From Octopus vulgaris (taxonomy: Eukaryota): 64,000 nucleotides of DNA. Below, in pieces: positions 45,070 to 58,600 of the stretch (positions are counted from its first letter, which is position 1; every line of letters starts with the position of its first letter). Below the pieces are notes generated by a model. The model saw only the letters and a program-made list of their open reading frames with translations. It searched no databases and was not told where the DNA came from. The position numbers were made by a program, and so were the translations under genes. The DNA lies in contig OX597823.1 in assembly GCA_951406725.2 (NCBI GenBank), forward strand, positions 6,262,001-6,326,000, written 5' to 3'.

Positions 45070-45712
45070 ATATATATATCACGTGATCACATGACCGACC
45101 CGATGTTGTTACACATCGCTGGTTATAATGCGCTTTTGCCACTGGCTAGGTGAGCTGACCAACATTTTCCCCTGATCGAAGAGTGACTGGATCAAAGTGA
45201 AATGAAGTGTTTTGCTCAAGAATACAATGCGCCGTCCAGTCAGGGATTCGAACCCGCGATCTGGCGATCGTAAGAGCAACATCCTAACCACTAGGCATTG
45301 CGCACGCACATACACTAACGCACGTACGCACATACACACACACATATATATATATGAGGGGGGACAATCAATTAGCTCGACCCATTACGCAACTGGTACT
45401 TAATTTATCGATCTCGGAAGGATGAAAGGCACAGTCGACCGCGGCTGAATTTGAACTCAGAACGTAACAGCAGACGAAATACCTATTTCTTTACTACCCA
45501 CTTGGGGCTAAACACAGAGGGGACAAACAAGACAGACAAACGGATTAAGTCGATTATATATACCCCAGTGCGTAACTGGTACTTAATTTATCGACCCCGA
45601 AAGGATGAGAGGCAAAGTCGACCTCGGCGGAATTTGAACTCAGAACGTAACGGCAGACGAAATATCACAAGGCCTTTCGCCCGGCGTGCTAACGATTCTG
45701 CCAGCTCGCCAC
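45070..45712 (-). mobile_element. SINE B (45070-45305) plus two tandem/nested SINE C copies (45365-45712)
   Basis: Homology to the other copies. Confidence 0.8.
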
Positions 45713-45837
45713 ATACTAAAATATCATAACGATGTATTAGTTGGTTGGTTAATTCCTCTATGTATGACTGGTGCTTCTCTAGCTGAGGGACAGATGGGCG
45801 ATATAAAACCCGGCGTGGTTAAATAGAACATGGGGAA

Positions 45838-46189
45838 GATGACGATGATAACGATGATGACGAAGACAAAGATGTGGACGAAGCGATGATGATGATGATG
45901 ATGATAATGACGACGACGACGACGACAACGACAACGATGATGATGAAGGTGGTAATTTCGATGATTGATGACGATGAAGATGGCGACTATGATGACGTTA
46001 ATGATGACATCGATGACGATGACGATAACGACGACGATGACGATGACGATGATGACGATGCAGATAATGACGACAACGATGATGATGGTGATCAAGATGA
46101 TGATGATGATCAAGATGAAGCTGACGATAGTGATAACAACGATGATAATGCTGCTGCTGCTGCTGCTGTTGATGATGAGGAGGAAGAGG

Positions 46190-46242
<53 letters not shown>

Positions 46243-46312
46243 GATGATGAGGAGGAGGAGGAGGAGGAGGAGGAGGAGAGTTGAAAGATGAAAGATGAAA
46301 GATGAAAGATGA
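45838..46312. repeat. Compound (GAT/GAC/GAG/GCT)n trinucleotide tract followed by (GATGAAA)n
   Basis: Direct inspection. Confidence 0.9.
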
Positions 46313-46736
46313 AAGAAAGGAAAAGAGCGGGTGAAAATAGTAACAATGTTCCAGAGAGAGTCTGGTTGACGGGATGCTGAGGGAGGGAGGGAGGGGAGAG
46401 GGGGAACGGGGGAGGGAGACAAAGAGAGATCATTGTTTACGTAAATTGAAACAATATTTTTTGTAGTATTGCAAGTAACGGCGATTCCCCCCATCCACCC
46501 TCTCCGTTTTACAAAACAATTTACAGTCACACACATCGCCATACGCACACACACACACACGCACACACATATATGTATTTATGAATGTTCGTACGTACAC
46601 ACACACACACATATGTATTTATATATTTTTTACTTGTTTCAGTCTGCGGCCATGCTAGGGCACCGCCTTAAAGAATTATTTTAGTCGAATGAATCGACCC
46701 TAGTGCTTATATATTAAGCCTGGTACTTATTCTATT

Positions 46737-47075
46737 GTGAAGGTGCATGGCCCAGTGGTTAGAGCGTCGAGCTTATGATCGTGAGGTTGTGAGTTCGAAT
46801 CCCGGACCGGGCTGGTGTTGTGTTCTTGAGCAAGACACTTTATTTCACGTTGCTCCAGTTCACTCAGATGTAGAAATAAGTTGCGACGTCACGAGTGCCA
46901 AGCTGTATCGGCCCCTTTGCCTTTCCCTTGGATAACACTGGTGGCGTGGAGAGGGGAGGCTGGTATGCATGGGCGACTGCTGGTCCTCCATAAACAACCT
47001 TTGCCCGGACTTGTGCCTGAGAAGGTAAGTTTCTAGGCGCAATCCCATGGTCAATCATGACCGAAGGGGGTCTCA
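46737..47075 (+). mobile_element. Full-length SINE family B nested in a minus-strand SINE A (46628-46736 + 47080-47180)
   Basis: A/B boxes tggcccagtggttagagc / gagttcgaatccc; acttattctat is present on both sides, consistent with a TSD. Confidence 0.85.
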
Positions 47076-47464
47076 ACTCAACTTATTCTATCAGCCTCTT
47101 TCGTCGAACCTTTAAGTTACGGGGACGTAAACACACCAACACCCGCTTCAAGGGGTGGTGGGGGACAAACACAGTCACAAACACACCCGTGCACACACGC
47201 GCGCACACACACACACTCACACACTCACACATACACACACGCAAAACGCACTCACATATATATGGATTGTATATTATGATGTAATTTTTTAAAGATTACA
47301 TTAAGCAAAACCCCACCGAAACAGCCGTCGCGAATTTTAAACGCTATATGACATTTACTTCTTACACCGACGCCATACCAACAAACCACTCATGATCTAT
47401 GATTATAAACTGGATTTTCTCTTTGCATATCTACGGAATCCTGCCAACAATTGAAGTCATCAAT

Positions 47465-47900
47465 AAGGCGGCGAGCTGACAGAAACGTTAGCACGCCGGG
47501 CGAAATGCTTAGCAGTACTTTGTCTGTCTTCACGTTCTGAGTTCAATTTCCGCCTAGGTCGACTTTGCCTTTCATCCTTTCCGGGTCGATAAATTAAGTA
47601 CCTATTTTTTTACTACCCACAAGGGGCTAAACACAGAGAGGACAAACAAGGACAGACAAACGGATTAAGTCGATGATATCGACCCCAGTGCGTAACTGGT
47701 ACTTATTTATTCGACCCCGAAAGGATGAAAGGCAAAGTCGACCATGGCGGAATTTGAACTCACAACGTAACGGCAGACGAAATACTGCTTAGCATTTCGC
47801 CCGACGTGCTAACGTTTCTGCCAGCTCGCCGCCTAGGGTCGATCTAATCGACTGCCCCCCTCCCCGAAAATTACGGGCCTTGTGCCAAGAGTAGAAGAGA
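47465..47900. mobile_element. SINE C (+) joined to an antisense SINE C (47600-47834): inverted dimer
   Basis: Junction aagtacctattttttttactacccac. Confidence 0.8.
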
Positions 47901-48718
47901 ATATTGTTTATTTCACTGTGAGTTTTATGCTAGAACTCGCAGTTCTGGTTGATGTGCAATTACTATTTGATGTGCCATTTCTGGTTGATGTGCCATTTCT
48001 GGTTGATGTGCCTTGATTCTTAAGAAACCTTATAACGGAATTATATAGTTGCAGACCTACTCATATGGTAAAAAGCTTGCTTCCCAACCATATGGTTCCG
48101 GTTTCCAGTCCCACTGCGTGTCACCTTGGGCAAGTATCTTCTACGATAACCTTGGCCCACGCAGAGTCTTGTGAGTGGATTTGGTGGATGGAAACTGAAA
48201 GAAGCTCATCTTATATAGGAGGCTGCATGAGAATCGAGAAGATCGGGAAGAGAATGAGGGAGGGAAACGGAGGGACGAGGCAAAAGAAGGCAGAAAATGA
48301 GGAGGATGGAGAGAGGGGAGGATGGAAAGAGGGGAGGATGTGTGTAGGAGGAGGAGGAAGAGAGTAACAAAGAGAGGCTGTGAGCGGTTGTAGATATAGT
48401 TAACATGTAACAGATGTGTGTGTGTGTGTGAGTGGATGACTCAAGAAAATAAACGTTCCTTTGGATTTTGTCAAGTTTATAAACATCCCAACACCTTCCA
48501 CCACTGCTACCCACCATTATCCCCCCTCCCCCACCGTCATAGCCACAACGTTTCCCCACCCCCACCACCACGACCATTATTACTACTATCACTAGTTTTG
48601 ATTATGGTGACGACGATATGGTTTGTTTTATAGGTAGGAGACGAGTTAGCTGGAAACTGGCAGAGGATTCAGAATGGGAAACAGATGTACCATATACACA
48701 CATACCTATGTATACATA

Positions 48719-48786
<68 letters not shown>

Positions 48787-48895
48787 TGTATATACACACA
48801 CACATATATATATAAATATATATATATATATAAATATACACATATATATATACACATATATACGCATATATATACATATATATACATATATATAC

Positions 48896-48926
<31 letters not shown>

Positions 48927-49052
48927 CATTATGTATATACATCTACATATACATACATATATATACATTTATGTATATACATCTATATGTACATATATAC
49001 ATATATATATATACACATACAAATATATATATGTATATATATGCATGCATGC

Positions 49053-49130
<78 letters not shown>

Positions 49131-49333
49131 AAACAACACCAGAGACAAACAGACAAAAGCAAATCCATCTAATTAAGACACAAGTGTATTTGGAAAGGGG
49201 GGAGGTAGCATGTGCTACTTAACGCAGTTTAACATTGTTGTTGTTATTGCGGTTGTTGCTATTGTTGTTGTTGTTGCTGCTGTTATTATTATTATTATTG
49301 TTATTATTATTATTATTGTTATTATTATTATTA

Positions 49334-49495
<162 letters not shown>

Positions 49496-49506
49496 TTAAT
49501 ATTATT

Positions 49507-51385
49507 CAGTAGTTTTATTTTTATAGCGTGCTTTCACTTCACTACCGAGCGCAGCTCTGTGTGCCTTGGGTATGTGCTGTGATTTGTTGTGATGCTCTGA
49601 TGGTTATTGTATGGAAAGTGTTCTGCGTAGGATGTGTGCAGTGCCTAGTAGCGCAATTTTCTGTATGCTATATGTGTTTGTAAGTCCTGGTGCTTTTGTT
49701 ATGTATTTGTCTGAATATGTTTTTATCATGCCTAATGCACCTACTATGATTGGAATTGTTTCTGTTTTTAGATTCCACATTCTAGTTACCTCTATTTCCA
49801 GGTCTTTGTATTTTGAAAGTTTCTCTATTTCTTTTAGAGACACGTTGTCATCTGCTGGTATTGATATATCAATTAGAAAGCATTTTTTTCTTCAATATCT
49901 CTGACAACTATATCTGGTCTGTTGGCCTTAATTTCTCTATCTGTGTGTATCGGCATATCCCAGAGTATGGTTGCTTTCTCGTTTTCTGTGACCTTTTCTG
50001 GTGTGTGCCTATACCATCTTTTTTCTGTTGTTATTCCATAATGTTGGCATAGCTTCCAGTGTATGTAGGTCCCAACTCTGTCATGTCTGTGAATATATTC
50101 CTTCTTAGCCAGGACTGGGCAGCTAGAGATAATATGATTTATTGTTTCTTGTCCATCTCCACATATTCTGCAGTTACTTGTAATATTTCTTTTCATTACA
50201 TGTTTTTGGTAATTTCTGGTGGGGAGGCTTTGGTCTTGTGCTGCAATTAAAAATCCCTCTGTTTCTGCTTTGAGTCCTGAGCTTCTCAACCATTGCTGGG
50301 ATTTTTCTTTGTCTATTTCTTTTGCGTTTAGTTTAGTCCAGTATTTACCATGAAGGGGCTTTTCTTGCCATCGTTTTATCATGGTTCGTTGTTGTTCTAT
50401 TTTTAGTTTGGATTTCATTTGTTTTATAGCTTTTGTTGTTTCTTCATCTTCTTCTTCTTCTTCTTCTTCTTCTTCTTCTTCTTCTTCTTCTTCTTCTTCT
50501 TCTTCTTCTTCTTCTTCTTCTTCTTCTTCTTCTTCTTCTTCTTCTTTTATGTTTATTAGGTGGTATGATTTCTTGTTTGTATTTGTCAGCTTCCTTAAAT
50601 ACTGAGAACAGTTTTTTGTTTTGCTCGTGTTTTGCCGCTATCTGGATCAGTTTTCCTTCCTTCTGAAGTAGATATTTTTGCAGTCCTATGGTGGTTATTT
50701 TATAGTAGTTTTCCAGCTGTATAAGGCCTCTACCACCTTCTATACGTTGTATATATAGTCTTTCTATGTCAGATTTTGGGTGATGCATCCTAGATCCTGT
50801 CATTATTTTTTTTGTTTTCCTATCTATTTTGGTCAGTTCATTTCGTGTCCAGTTAAGGATATTGTAGCTGTAACTTATAACTGGGACAGCTAAAGTGTTA
50901 ATACCTATTATCTTATTTTTAGCATTGAACTCTGTTTTTAGTGTTGATCTAACTCGTCTATAATATTCTTTTTTTATTTTCTCTTTCATTTGTGTGTGTT
51001 GTGTCTTATCTAGTTCATGGATTCCTAAGTATTTGTAAGTTTGGCTTTGGTCTAATTCTTTTATTTCATTGGTTTTATCTAGTGTGATGTTGCTACTCTT
51101 AACTAGTTTTCCTCTTTTCAGGGTTACTTTGGCGCATTTTTCTAATCCAAATTTCATATCTATTTCTTTGGTAAATCCATGAACTGTCTTTAATAGTGTT
51201 TCCAGCTGTTTGTCATTTGCAGCGTATAGTTTTAGGTCATCCATATATAAAAGGTGGCTGATCGTTTTGCCGTAACATTTATATCTGCATCCAGTTCTAT
51301 TTAGCATATCAGATAGAGGTGACAGTGCCAAGCAGAAAAGGAGTGGAGAGAGCGTGTCTCCCTGGAATATTCCTCTTCTAATGGG
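49507..51385 (-). mobile_element. 5'-truncated R4/Dong-type non-LTR retrotransposon (RT + CCHC + restriction-like endonuclease) ending in (TAA)n
   Basis: IRRGIFQGDTLSPLLF, YMDDLKLYA, GGRGL, CRICGDGQETINHIISSC, RHDRV, NRPDIVV, KLSKYKDL. Frameshifts near 50548 and 49885; (TTA)n on plus 49282-49506. Confidence 0.92.
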
Positions 51386-51557
51386 GAATAACAAACAACG
51401 TGAACTTGTTTGACGCTCGGAAAAAAATGGAAGTATCTTTGATGTTTCGAGCCGACGCTCTTCTATGGAAAGGACCGAGGAGAGAAAACAGATGAAGAGA
51501 GGAAAAAAGCGGAAAGTCAAAAAACCGTGTCTAGATTAACGGTTGTACATGTTCAAT

Positions 51558-51599
<42 letters not shown>

Positions 51600-51644
51600 G
51601 CACACACACTCACACACACACACTCACACACATGCACAAGCATG

Positions 51645-52250
51645 ACTGTGTTCTGTTTTTCACTGATCTTTAGCTTTATGTTAACATCCGCTGGGCAGCT
51701 AACTTCCACAACTTTGCAGTTTCTCTTCTCTATCTCGAATCATTATATCAGGCCTGTTGTGCTTACATTTTATTGAGGTCTTCACTGGTACATTCCACCA
51801 GTATTCCTTCTTATTATGAGTGGCTATGGCTTTTACCATATTGTGGGTTTTCATTTCTTTGTCCTCGGGATTATCCTGCCGTCGGATTTCATTATAGAGT
51901 TCCTAGCTACAATGTCACGTCTCATCGGTAGATAATACCATGATGACATTTTCGGACAACTGCTTATGATGTGGGTGATATCTTCAGTGTGAACTCCACA
52001 GTCTGCTTCGGTTGTCAAGTTTTACGGCTTTTCCTGCATCTCTATCCCTTTTGTGCATCAGGTACTTGGTTGATATTTCCTGTTCCTGGATTGCAAACGC
52101 ATGCCCTCCAAAGTGAGAGGTAGTAATCCGGCTATTCGTCCATGATAAACTGCTTTGGTGATCGATGTCACTATCATCACAGAGATTTCTACTACCAGAT
52201 CCATGCATAGTTTTCTGCTCATATAGGATCATCCTTTCATCTGATGATAT
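51645..52250 (-). pseudogene. Degraded RLE-type LINE of a different family (zinc knuckle/endonuclease region)
   Basis: Minus fragments FAIQEQEISTKYL...RL..VHTEDITHIISSCPKM...WWNVPVKT...HNRPDIMI...VEVSCPADVNI. Confidence 0.75.
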
Positions 52251-52261
52251 GTTATGTAAGT

Positions 52262-52402
52262 AAGGCAACAAGCTGGCAGAAACGTTAGCACGCCGGGCGA
52301 AATGCTTAGCGGTATTTCGTCTGCCGCTACGTTCTGAGTTCAAATTCCGCTGAGGTTGACTTTGCCTTTCATCCTTTCGGGGTCGATTAAAATAAGTACC
52401 AG
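52262..52402 (+). mobile_element. SINE family C, 3'-truncated
   Basis: Consensus head and core; stops at aagtaccag. Confidence 0.85.
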
Positions 52403-52733
52403 TTTATTGTAGTAAATTCGACTTCCAGCTGTTTCCAGTAGTCATTATAGGCTGGTTTACTCAATCAGCCCATTGATTAGTTGAGAAGAATTGAACGACC
52501 TAAAAAGATTAATGCTACTTTCGTCAGTCATTTCGGGTTAGAACCAAACAGAACACTGAAGGAACGGTACAGGTATTTGGTGTTCTGCTTGATTCTAACT
52601 TGAAATGTATCTGACGAAAGTTGCATTAATTTTCTAGGTCGTTCAATTCTTTTCAACTGATTGAGTAAACTTATCCATAACCGACCTATAATGACGACTG
52701 GAAACAACTGGAATTCGAATTTACTACAATAAA
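52403..52733. mobile_element. ~330-bp imperfect foldback/palindromic element (MITE-like)
   Basis: Arms tttattgtagtaaattcga.ttccag.tgtttccagt.gtcattatagg...gaattgaacgaccta...cagaacac and their reverse complement; short loop near 52558-52579. Confidence 0.8.
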
Positions 52734-53011
52734 GATAAATATGTAATGGCTATTATTTATGCCTTGTCTTGTATACTTGTATATCACTCTGTAAAAGCCA
52801 GTATAACTGGAACACAACCATGGATTTACAATACAGAATGGTGATGAAGTAACACCACGGATCCTGCCACAAGATTATGCGAGATTCTTCACTAATCTAA
52901 ACAATATTGTTAGCATGGTGTTCTAGCAGAGAGATTATAAAGTATTTTGCCCAGTTTGATAATCCCTCACTAATAACTCTGTTATGTATGTGTGTATGTG
53001 TGTGTGCGTGC

Positions 53012-53069
<58 letters not shown>

Positions 53070-53075
<6 letters not shown>

Positions 53076-53217
53076 TAAAAAGCTTACCTCCCAACCACAT
53101 GGTTCCGGGTTAAGTCCCACTGCGTGGCACCTTGGGCAAGTGTCTTCTACTATAGCTTCGGGCTGACTAAAGTCTTGTGAGTGGATTTTGGTAGGCGGAA
53201 ACTGAAGAAAGCTCATC

Positions 53218-53285
<68 letters not shown>

Positions 53286-53516
53286 AGATAGATAGATAGG
53301 TAGATATTTCTGTGTGTCTTTGTTCGTCCCTTCCCACCTCTTGACAAACGATGTTGGTGTGTTTACGTCACCGTATTGTAACGGTTCAGCAAAAGAGACC
53401 GATAGAATAAGTATCAGGTTTAAAAAGGTTAGTCGTAGGGTCGATTTGTTCGACTAAGAACCCTTTAAGGTGGCACCCAGCATGGCCGCAGTCAAATGAC
53501 TGAAGCAAGTAAAAGA
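53070..53516 (+). mobile_element. SINE family A with internal (TA)n(GA)n(GATA)n
   Basis: Homology to 967-1412. Confidence 0.85.
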
Positions 53517-54174
53517 TTTTAAAAAATAAAGGAAATTCATGGACAGAAACATGGATGCGAGTTGGCAGACTGGCAAGAGTGTCGGGAAAAGAATGCCATA
53601 AAGAACTTTATCTGGCTCTTGACTGAGTTGAAATACGACCGGGATCAAATTCGTCTTTCCTCTTTCGAAGTCGATAGAATAAAGTACCAGCTATGTACTG
53701 TGCTCACATTCAGCGTTGCTGATCTTGTACCTGAATCAGAATTATTGAATCTAAATATAGCCTAAAGCAACGTGCTGGCAGAATCGCTACAGCGTCGGAG
53801 AAAATACCTTGCGTGTTTCTTCCGGCTCTTTAAGTTCTGAGTTCAAATTCTTCCGAGGTCAACTTTGCCTTTCATCTTTATGGGTTCGATAGATTGAAGA
53901 TTCAGCGAAGTACTGGGGTTGATTTTATCGTTTAATGCTCTCCCCTAAAAAATTACTAGCCCTTTACCTAAACCAGAAACAGTTATGAAAGCCTATGCCT
54001 CGGACCTTCTCAAGGACGAAGAAGACTATTAACGTGTCGTGGTATTTACCTTTAAACCAGATTACACTTGAACCTGAAAATAAAACAGATGAAAGAGAAT
54101 ATAGGCTGCATGTCAAATTGCGAGAAGTAACAGCCAGATATGCTTCACACATTTAAAAGAAAGACTCTTTAGAT

Positions 54175-55078
54175 CAAGGGTTCTCAACCATTTTTATCTA
54201 GGGACCCCTTTGATTACCAAATATTCTGGTGAACCTCTCATAGCCATTCAATGTTTAAAAACTAGTTTTATAGAAACTTCTTTCAAAATTCCCATTTTGC
54301 TATTCACACAGGAACTTGTGTCGGTTGAACTATGTAAAATGCTAGAGAAAGAAACCTAGCTGCTTCTTGCAATGTTTGTTCTTTCTCGAGCCACCCCTGG
54401 CTCATTAGGGCCGGTTTCCCGGTTTCCTTGGCGTATAGGTTCCCCACCTGGACGGGACGCCGGTCCGTCGCCGGTGAGCTGCAAGATGCAGAAGGAAGGA
54501 GTAACAGAAAGTTGTGGCGAAAGAGTCAGCAGAAGTTCGCCAATACCTTCTTTCGGAGCCGCGTGGTGCTCAGGTGTTTCGCTCATAAACACACACATCG
54601 CCCGGTCTGAGATTCGAGCCCGCGATCCCTCGATCGCGAGTCCACTGCTCTAACCACTTGGCCATGTGCCTTCACTAATAAATGTTCCTTCTCGAGCCAT
54701 GCCAGGCTCATAAGGGTCGGTTTCCCGGTTTCAGTGGCGTAGAAATTCCCCACCTGGGCGGGACGCCAGTTCACCGCAGGATTACTCATTTTTGCCAGCC
54801 GAGTGGTGAAATGAAGTGTTTTGCTCAAGAACACAACGCATCGCCCGATCCAGGATCGAACCCACAACCTTACGATCATGAGTTCAATACCTTAACCACT
54901 AAGCCATGTGCCTCCACGTTTCTTGCAATACATACCAATATATACATCTAAAACAAAATTTGTTCAGGAGCCCTTCAAATGCAATTGTGGATCGCCAATT
55001 TACTATTTTGTTGCGTGGACCCATAAAAATCTTCTTTGGACCCTCAGGGACAATATGGACCACGGTTGAGAACTACTG
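54175..55078. mobile_element. hAT (Charlie-like) MITE with 8-bp TSD ctttagat, carrying two nested minus-strand family B SINEs (54370-54672, 54683-54916)
   Basis: TIRs caagggttctcaacc / ggttgagaactactg; identical 8-mers at 54167-54174 and 55079-55086. Confidence 0.88.
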
Positions 55079-55634
55079 CTTTAGATAATTCTGTCCTACA
55101 TACCCCAAAACAAAGGTTAAAGCCACGAACAGTTGTGTAGCATGGCTAACTACGCCCGGGGAAATGTAAGAATAGGGGATAGGGCAAAGGGCATGTTATA
55201 CTTCAGCTATTATTATTTCTTTTTAAATGTTACGACCCCAAAGATTCTGCATCGAGAGCAACCACCGATATGGCAATGTTCAGGCCACGTCACTGACCAG
55301 CAAAGGGAAGGCGTTTAACGAAAGGTCTCTTCCGGTAGCTTTCACCTAGGGTTAAACAACAAAAACAGTGATCGTTCCTTCAGAGTTTCGTCTACTTCTA
55401 TCAACAGACAAAGAATGAAAGCAAAAGTCGAGATCGAAAGAGTTTCCACTCAGAACAGAGCGCCGTAACAAATGTCGCTAGGGTATTTTGACGGAGGTGC
55501 TAAGGGTTCTGCCAGAAGGGGACAAAATTTATGAATCATCAAATAAAACGCAAAATTTTTTTTTCCTAATTTTATATTCCACAAGACAGCTTAGACCTCA
55601 ATTTCTTTCAGATGCAAATGTTGAAAGTAATTTT

Positions 55635-58600
55635 TTAGTATAAACTAATAAAAAATTGTGTGTCTATGGCGTAGAATTCGGCCCAGTAGTGATTTGTTTT
55701 CGCTATTTGTCCTTCAGCTTTCGCTTCTTCACTAGCGTCACATTCAGACATTTCTTCTTCATTTTCATTCACTCCTTCACTTCTTCGTTCGTCGGCTTTC
55801 TCTTCTTCTTTTCCGTCACCTTCAGTCTCTTCTTCTTCATTTTCATTCACTCCTCCACTTTTTCGTTCGTCGGCTTTCTCTTCTTCTTTTCCGTCACCTT
55901 CAGTCTCTTCTTCTTCATTTTCATTCACTCCTTCACTTCTTCGTTCGTCGGCTTTCTCTTCTTCTTTTCCGTCACCTTCAGTCTCTTCTTCTTCATTTTC
56001 ATTCACTCCTTCACTTCTTCGTTCGTCGGCTTTCTCTTCTTTTTTCCGTCACCTTCAGTCTCTTCTTCTTCATTTTCATTCACTCCTTCACTTCTTCGTT
56101 CGTCGGCTTTCTCTTCTTCTTTTCCGTCACCTTCAGTCTCTTCTTCTTCATTTTCATTCACTCCTTCACTTCTTCGTTCGTCGGCTTTCTCTTCTTTTTT
56201 CCGTCACCTTCAGTCTCTTCTTCTTCATTTTCATTCACTCCTTCACTTCTTCGTTCGTCGGCTTTCTCTTCTTCTTTTCCGTCACCTTCAGTCTCTTCTT
56301 CTTCATTTTCATTCACTCCTTCACTTCTTCGTTCGTCGGCTTTCTCTTCTTCTTTTCCGTCACCTTCAGTCTCTTCTTCTTCATTTTCATTCACTCCTTC
56401 ACTTCTTCGTTCGTCGGCTTTCTCTTCTTCTTTTCCGTCACCTTCAGTCTCTTCTTCTTCATTTTCATTCACTCCTTCACTTCTTCGTTCGTCGGCTTTC
56501 TCTTCTTCTTTTCCGTCACCTTCAGTCTCTTCTTCTTCATTTTCATTCACTCCTTCACTTCTTCGTTCGTCGGCTTTCTCTTCTTCTTTTCCGTCACCTT
56601 CAGTCTCTTCTTCTTCATTTTCATTCACTCCTTCACTTCTTCGTTCGTCGGCTTTCTCTTCTTCTTTTCCGTCACCTTCAGTCTCTTCTTCTTCATTTTC
56701 ATTCACTCCTTCACTTCTTCGTTCGTCGGCTTTCTCTTCTTCTTTTCCGTCACCTTCAGTCTCTTCTTCTTCATTTTCATTCACTCCTTCACTTCTTCGT
56801 TCGTCGGCTTTCTCTTCTTCTTTTCCGTCACCTTCAGTCTCTTCTTCTTCATTTTCATTCACTCCTTCACTTCTTCGTTCGTCGGCTTTCTCTTCTTCTT
56901 TTCCGTCACCTTCAGTCTCTTCTTCTTCATTTTCATTCACTCCTTCACTTTTCGTTCGTCGGCTTTCTCTTCTTCTTTTCCGTCACCTTCAGTCTCTTCT
57001 TCTTCATTTTCATTCACTCCTTCACTTCTTCGTTCGTCGGCTTTCTCTTCTTCTTTTCCGTCACCTTCAGTCTCTTCTTCTTCATTTTCATTCACTCCTT
57101 CACTTTTCGTTCGTCGGCTTTCTCTTCTTCTTTTCCGTCACCTTCAGTCTCTTCTTCTTCATTTTCATTCACTCCTTCACTTCTTCGTTCGTCGGCTTTC
57201 TCTTCTTCTTTTCCGTCACCTTCAGTCTCTTCTTCTTCATTTTCATTCACTCCTTCACTTCTTCGTTCGTCGGCTTTCTCTTCTTCTTTTCCGTCACCTT
57301 CAGTCTCTTCTTCTTCATTTTCATTCACTCCTTCACTTCTTCGTTCGTCGGCTTTCTCTTCTTCTTTTCCGTCACCTTCAGTCTCTTCTTCTTCATTTTC
57401 ATTCACTCCTTCACTTTTTCGTTCGTCGGCTTTCTCTTCTTCTTTTCCGTCACCTTCAGTCTCTTCTTCTTCATTTTCATTCACTCCTTCACTTCTTCGT
57501 TCGTCGGCTTTCTCTTCTTCTTTTCCGTCACCTTCAGTCTCTTCTTCTTCATTTTCATTCACTCCTTCACTTTTTCGTTCGTCGGCTTTCTCTTCTTCTT
57601 TTCCGTCACCTTCAGTCTCTTCTTCTTCATTTTCATTCACTCCTTCACTTTTCGTTCGTCGGCTTCTTCTTCTTTCCGTCACCTTCAGTCTCTTCTTCTT
57701 CATTTTCATTCACTCCTTCACTTCTTCGTTCGTCGGCTTTCTCTTCTTCTTTTCCGTCACCTTCAGTCTCTTCTTCTTCATTTTCATTCACTCCTTCACT
57801 TTTTCGTTCGTCGGCTTTCTCTTCTTCTTTTCCGTCACCTTCAGTCTCTTCTTCTTCATTTTCATTCACTCCTTCACTTCTTCGTTCGTCGGCTTTCTCT
57901 TCTTCTTTTCCGTCACCTTCAGTCTCTTCTTCTTCATTTTCATTCACTCCTTCACTTTTTCGTTCGTCGGCTTTCTCTTCTTCTTTTCCGTCACCTTCAG
58001 TCTCTTCTTCTTCATTTTCATTCACTCCTTCACTTTTTCGTTCGTCGGCTTTCTCTTCTTCTTTTCCGTCACCTTCAGTCTCTTCTTCTTCATTTTCATT
58101 CACTCCTTCACTTCTTCGTTCGTCGGCTTTCTCTTCTTCTTTTCCGTCACCTTCAGTCTCTTCTTCTTCATTTTCATTCATTCCTTCACTTTTTCGTTCG
58201 TCGGCTTTCTCTTCTTCTTTTCCGTCACCTTCAGTCTCTTCTTCTTCATTTTCATTCACTCCTTCACTTCTTCGTTCGTCGGCTTTCTCTTCTTCTTTTC
58301 CGTCACCTTCAGTCTCTTCTTCTTCATTTTCATTCACTCCTTCACTTTTTCGTTCGTCGGCTTTCTCTTCTTCTTTTCCGTCACCTTCAGTCTCTTCTTC
58401 TTCATTTTCATTCACTCCTTCACTTCTTCGTTCGTCGGCTTTCTCTTCTTCTTTTCCGTCACCTTCAGTCTCTTCTTCTTCATTTTCATTCACTCCTTCA
58501 CTTTTTCGTTCGTCGGCTTTCTCTTCTTCTTTTCCGTCACCTTCAGTCTCTTCTTCTTCATTTTCATTCACTCCTTCACTTCTTCGTTCGTCGGCTTTCT

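Noticed and set aside
45724-46566. Poly-Asp, poly-Ile and poly-Met ORFs
   Set aside because: Trinucleotide microsatellite open in several frames, with no splice or domain support.
50444-50548. Poly-Arg protamine-like tail
   Set aside because: Frameshifted reading of a (GAA)n tract inside a LINE ORF.
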